From contig NOWV01000012.1 in NCBI GenBank assembly GCA_003344405.1, forward strand, positions 124,001 through 188,000: 64,000 nt of DNA, in the 5' to 3' direction. The translations under genes were made by a program, and so were the position numbers. Under the pieces are notes generated by a model. It was not told the origin of the DNA and searched no databases. It worked only from the letters and a program-made list of their open reading frames with translations. Below, piece by piece: positions 61,902 through 64,000 of the stretch (positions within the stretch are counted from its first letter, which is position 1; each line of letters opens with the position of its first letter). This DNA comes from Trichoplax sp. H2 (lineage: Eukaryota).

Positions 61902-63524
61902 AATTCAGGACTGAAACGTGGATTATTCATGTAAAATTTGATACTTATGAATAGAAATCGTCTTATTGATATCGTTACTGAAGGTTAATTATATCATTAC
62001 TGGAAAAGTGACGTAAAGTGATTCAGTGGATGTCATGATGATGTTTAAAATCGGCATCTCTTTAATACTGCCTCTCTAATTTATTGATATTATTTTTATA
62101 TTAGCTACTGTACACTCATGCATATTTTGCATTAAATTGAGTATTCCCCTTTAGCATTGTACATACATATATGGTAGCCATACTAACAAGGGAAATGATA
62201 TACTATCTTGTAAACTTGATAAATATTTTTTTTACTGACAGTTTATTATTGTTATATTAACTATTTTTTATTTTATCTTTGCCTGAACTAAAAGTTTGAT
62301 ATTTGCTGTAATGCAAGTCGTGTTTAGAATAATTCCTGGGTAGTAAGAATATTATTATATGTCGTCAATTTTCATACCTGAACTAATGAAAATTTTGCTA
62401 TCGTAGTGACGACCTAAAAATCGAAGTAATTGAGGCTAAGTATGATAAACATTTTTATTGAAGATAATATGAAATTATCACAGCTTTTTATATCACCCGG
62501 GCGTAATTATAGATGGAGTGAACTAATACATCATTTGAATACTAGGTATACTAATTCACTGTTGGTTAATTAATAATTAATATATGTAACATCATTGTAT
62601 CTTATCACTGTTTAACGGAGCTATACTGTATGGAAATCTCAGTAAATTAACTCCAATGAATAATGCGATAATTCAACATACTTGTAATCCATAAATTTTG
62701 CTGCCGTATTACGACATTAACAAAATATTGCTATATCATAAGTATGTGTACTAAGATTGTACTAAATGCTATGTGTAAGTAGCATTTATTAAAAGAGTTC
62801 TAGTTAAAACTTAAATTTATCAAAAGGTGTAAAATGGTTATCATATAAATTATGTAAAATATATGGTAAAAGATATCGACTTGAGAAAGCTATTATTGTT
62901 TCGTAAGTCTACGGCACCCAATTCATAAGCTTAAATCTTGATAAAAAGAGAAATTTACTGCAACAATCTATTGGTGAACAATATTTCACCTAAGAGTGAT
63001 AGAAAAAATAAGATGAATTTTTCGACAGTATTGATCTCACAGCGTACAGTTAGTGTTAAATTTACGAATTAATCAACTTATAATGAGTAATTATATATAC
63101 AAGAAAATGAGAAATGTATATGGGTCTTGCTAGTATAGCTTTTATAATATATAATCGGCAACGGTTTCAGACCTTGCAACCGTCTAGACCTGAATACAAT
63201 AATAAATCTACCGATTAAATATTAGAAATCAGTTTACCACTAACGCATTAGATTATTATCTCCGTGGATAGAAAAAGTTCACGCTGTCAATTTTATTCGT
63301 AAATGCATTATTGATGAAGAATCTAACACCTGTTACAAATATATTTATTAGTAACATGTTTACTTCATACATGTACCAGCTGTAAAATTGTTCCGTTGTT
63401 AAGAAGCTAACATTTCAATAGCTATTTAAACCAGCATTTGAACATTTTTAAGCATATTTCAGTCCACTTTGTGGTGATTGATAATCAACAAATATTTACA
63501 TTTGGTACAACCTACGTTATTAAG

Positions 63525-64000
63525 ATGAAGATTGCTTTTATATTTCTTATTGTTTTAGCTTTAAGTTATCATATATTTGGTAACCCTATCAAAGACCATG
63601 ATTCCTACAGTGGAGGTAAATAATAGCAATTATCTGTACACAAATAGTCCACGCATAGTTCGAAGTCCTTTTTAAGATTTTAATTTAATCCAATTTTATT
63701 ACGAAAGGTATATTTCTATTTACTGAAGAATAAGATTTTGAATCGCGTCACATACATTGGTTATTGCCTATCGCAAAAATTTCTATGATTGAATAATATA
63801 ATATGTTACTATTTTATCTCAATTCCAAGGTTACGGCAATGATAGGCATAAATCCAAAACGAAAGGAATAGTTTATAAAGAAGTACGTAAATACGTTAAG
63901 AATGATCACGCCAGGCCATACTACAACGTAGGCTACAAAGGAAAGAAAGGTTATGACGACTACTATTATATTGGTAAGAAAGATTACGACGATTATTACT
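63525..64000 (+). CDS. Secreted neuropeptide-like precursor with YY-type amidated peptides, 5' part, runs off the window
   Basis: Signal peptide MKIAFIFLIVLALSYHIFG (exon 63525-63615), phase-1 intron, exon from 63830: ...PYYNVGYK-GKK-GYDDYYYI-GKK-DYDDYY; TATA-like TATTTAAA at 63423. Confidence 0.8.

Overview
AT-rich, gene-dense eukaryotic DNA with many short GT-AG introns. It is an early-branching animal, most likely a placozoan (Trichoplax-like); this is an inference from gene architecture and a YY-type peptide precursor. Spliced genes reconstructed by hand: DNAJC8 (-), a QKI/HOW STAR KH protein (+), cytosolic TyrRS with EMAP-II domain (-), AGPAT3/4 (-), SRA1 (+), CHM/REP (-), the NUP98-NUP96 polyprotein (+), tRNA-Leu(CAG), ST13/Hip (-), SH3D19-like (+) and the 5' part of a secreted Tyr/Asp-rich amidated peptide precursor (+). 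Most notable observations: (1) dense palindromic TACAG/CTGTA tracts mark every housekeeping promoter and the tRNA gene but not the QKI or peptide genes; (2) an intron in CHM is made of decayed, tandemly duplicated coding sequence; (3) the ST13 Gly-rich region is built from six tandem phase-1 micro-exons; (4) QKI has a possible NLS-less isoform flanked by its own binding elements. A ~1 kb duplication across the N-gap is probably an unmerged haplotype. Exon boundaries were read by eye and lack transcript support.
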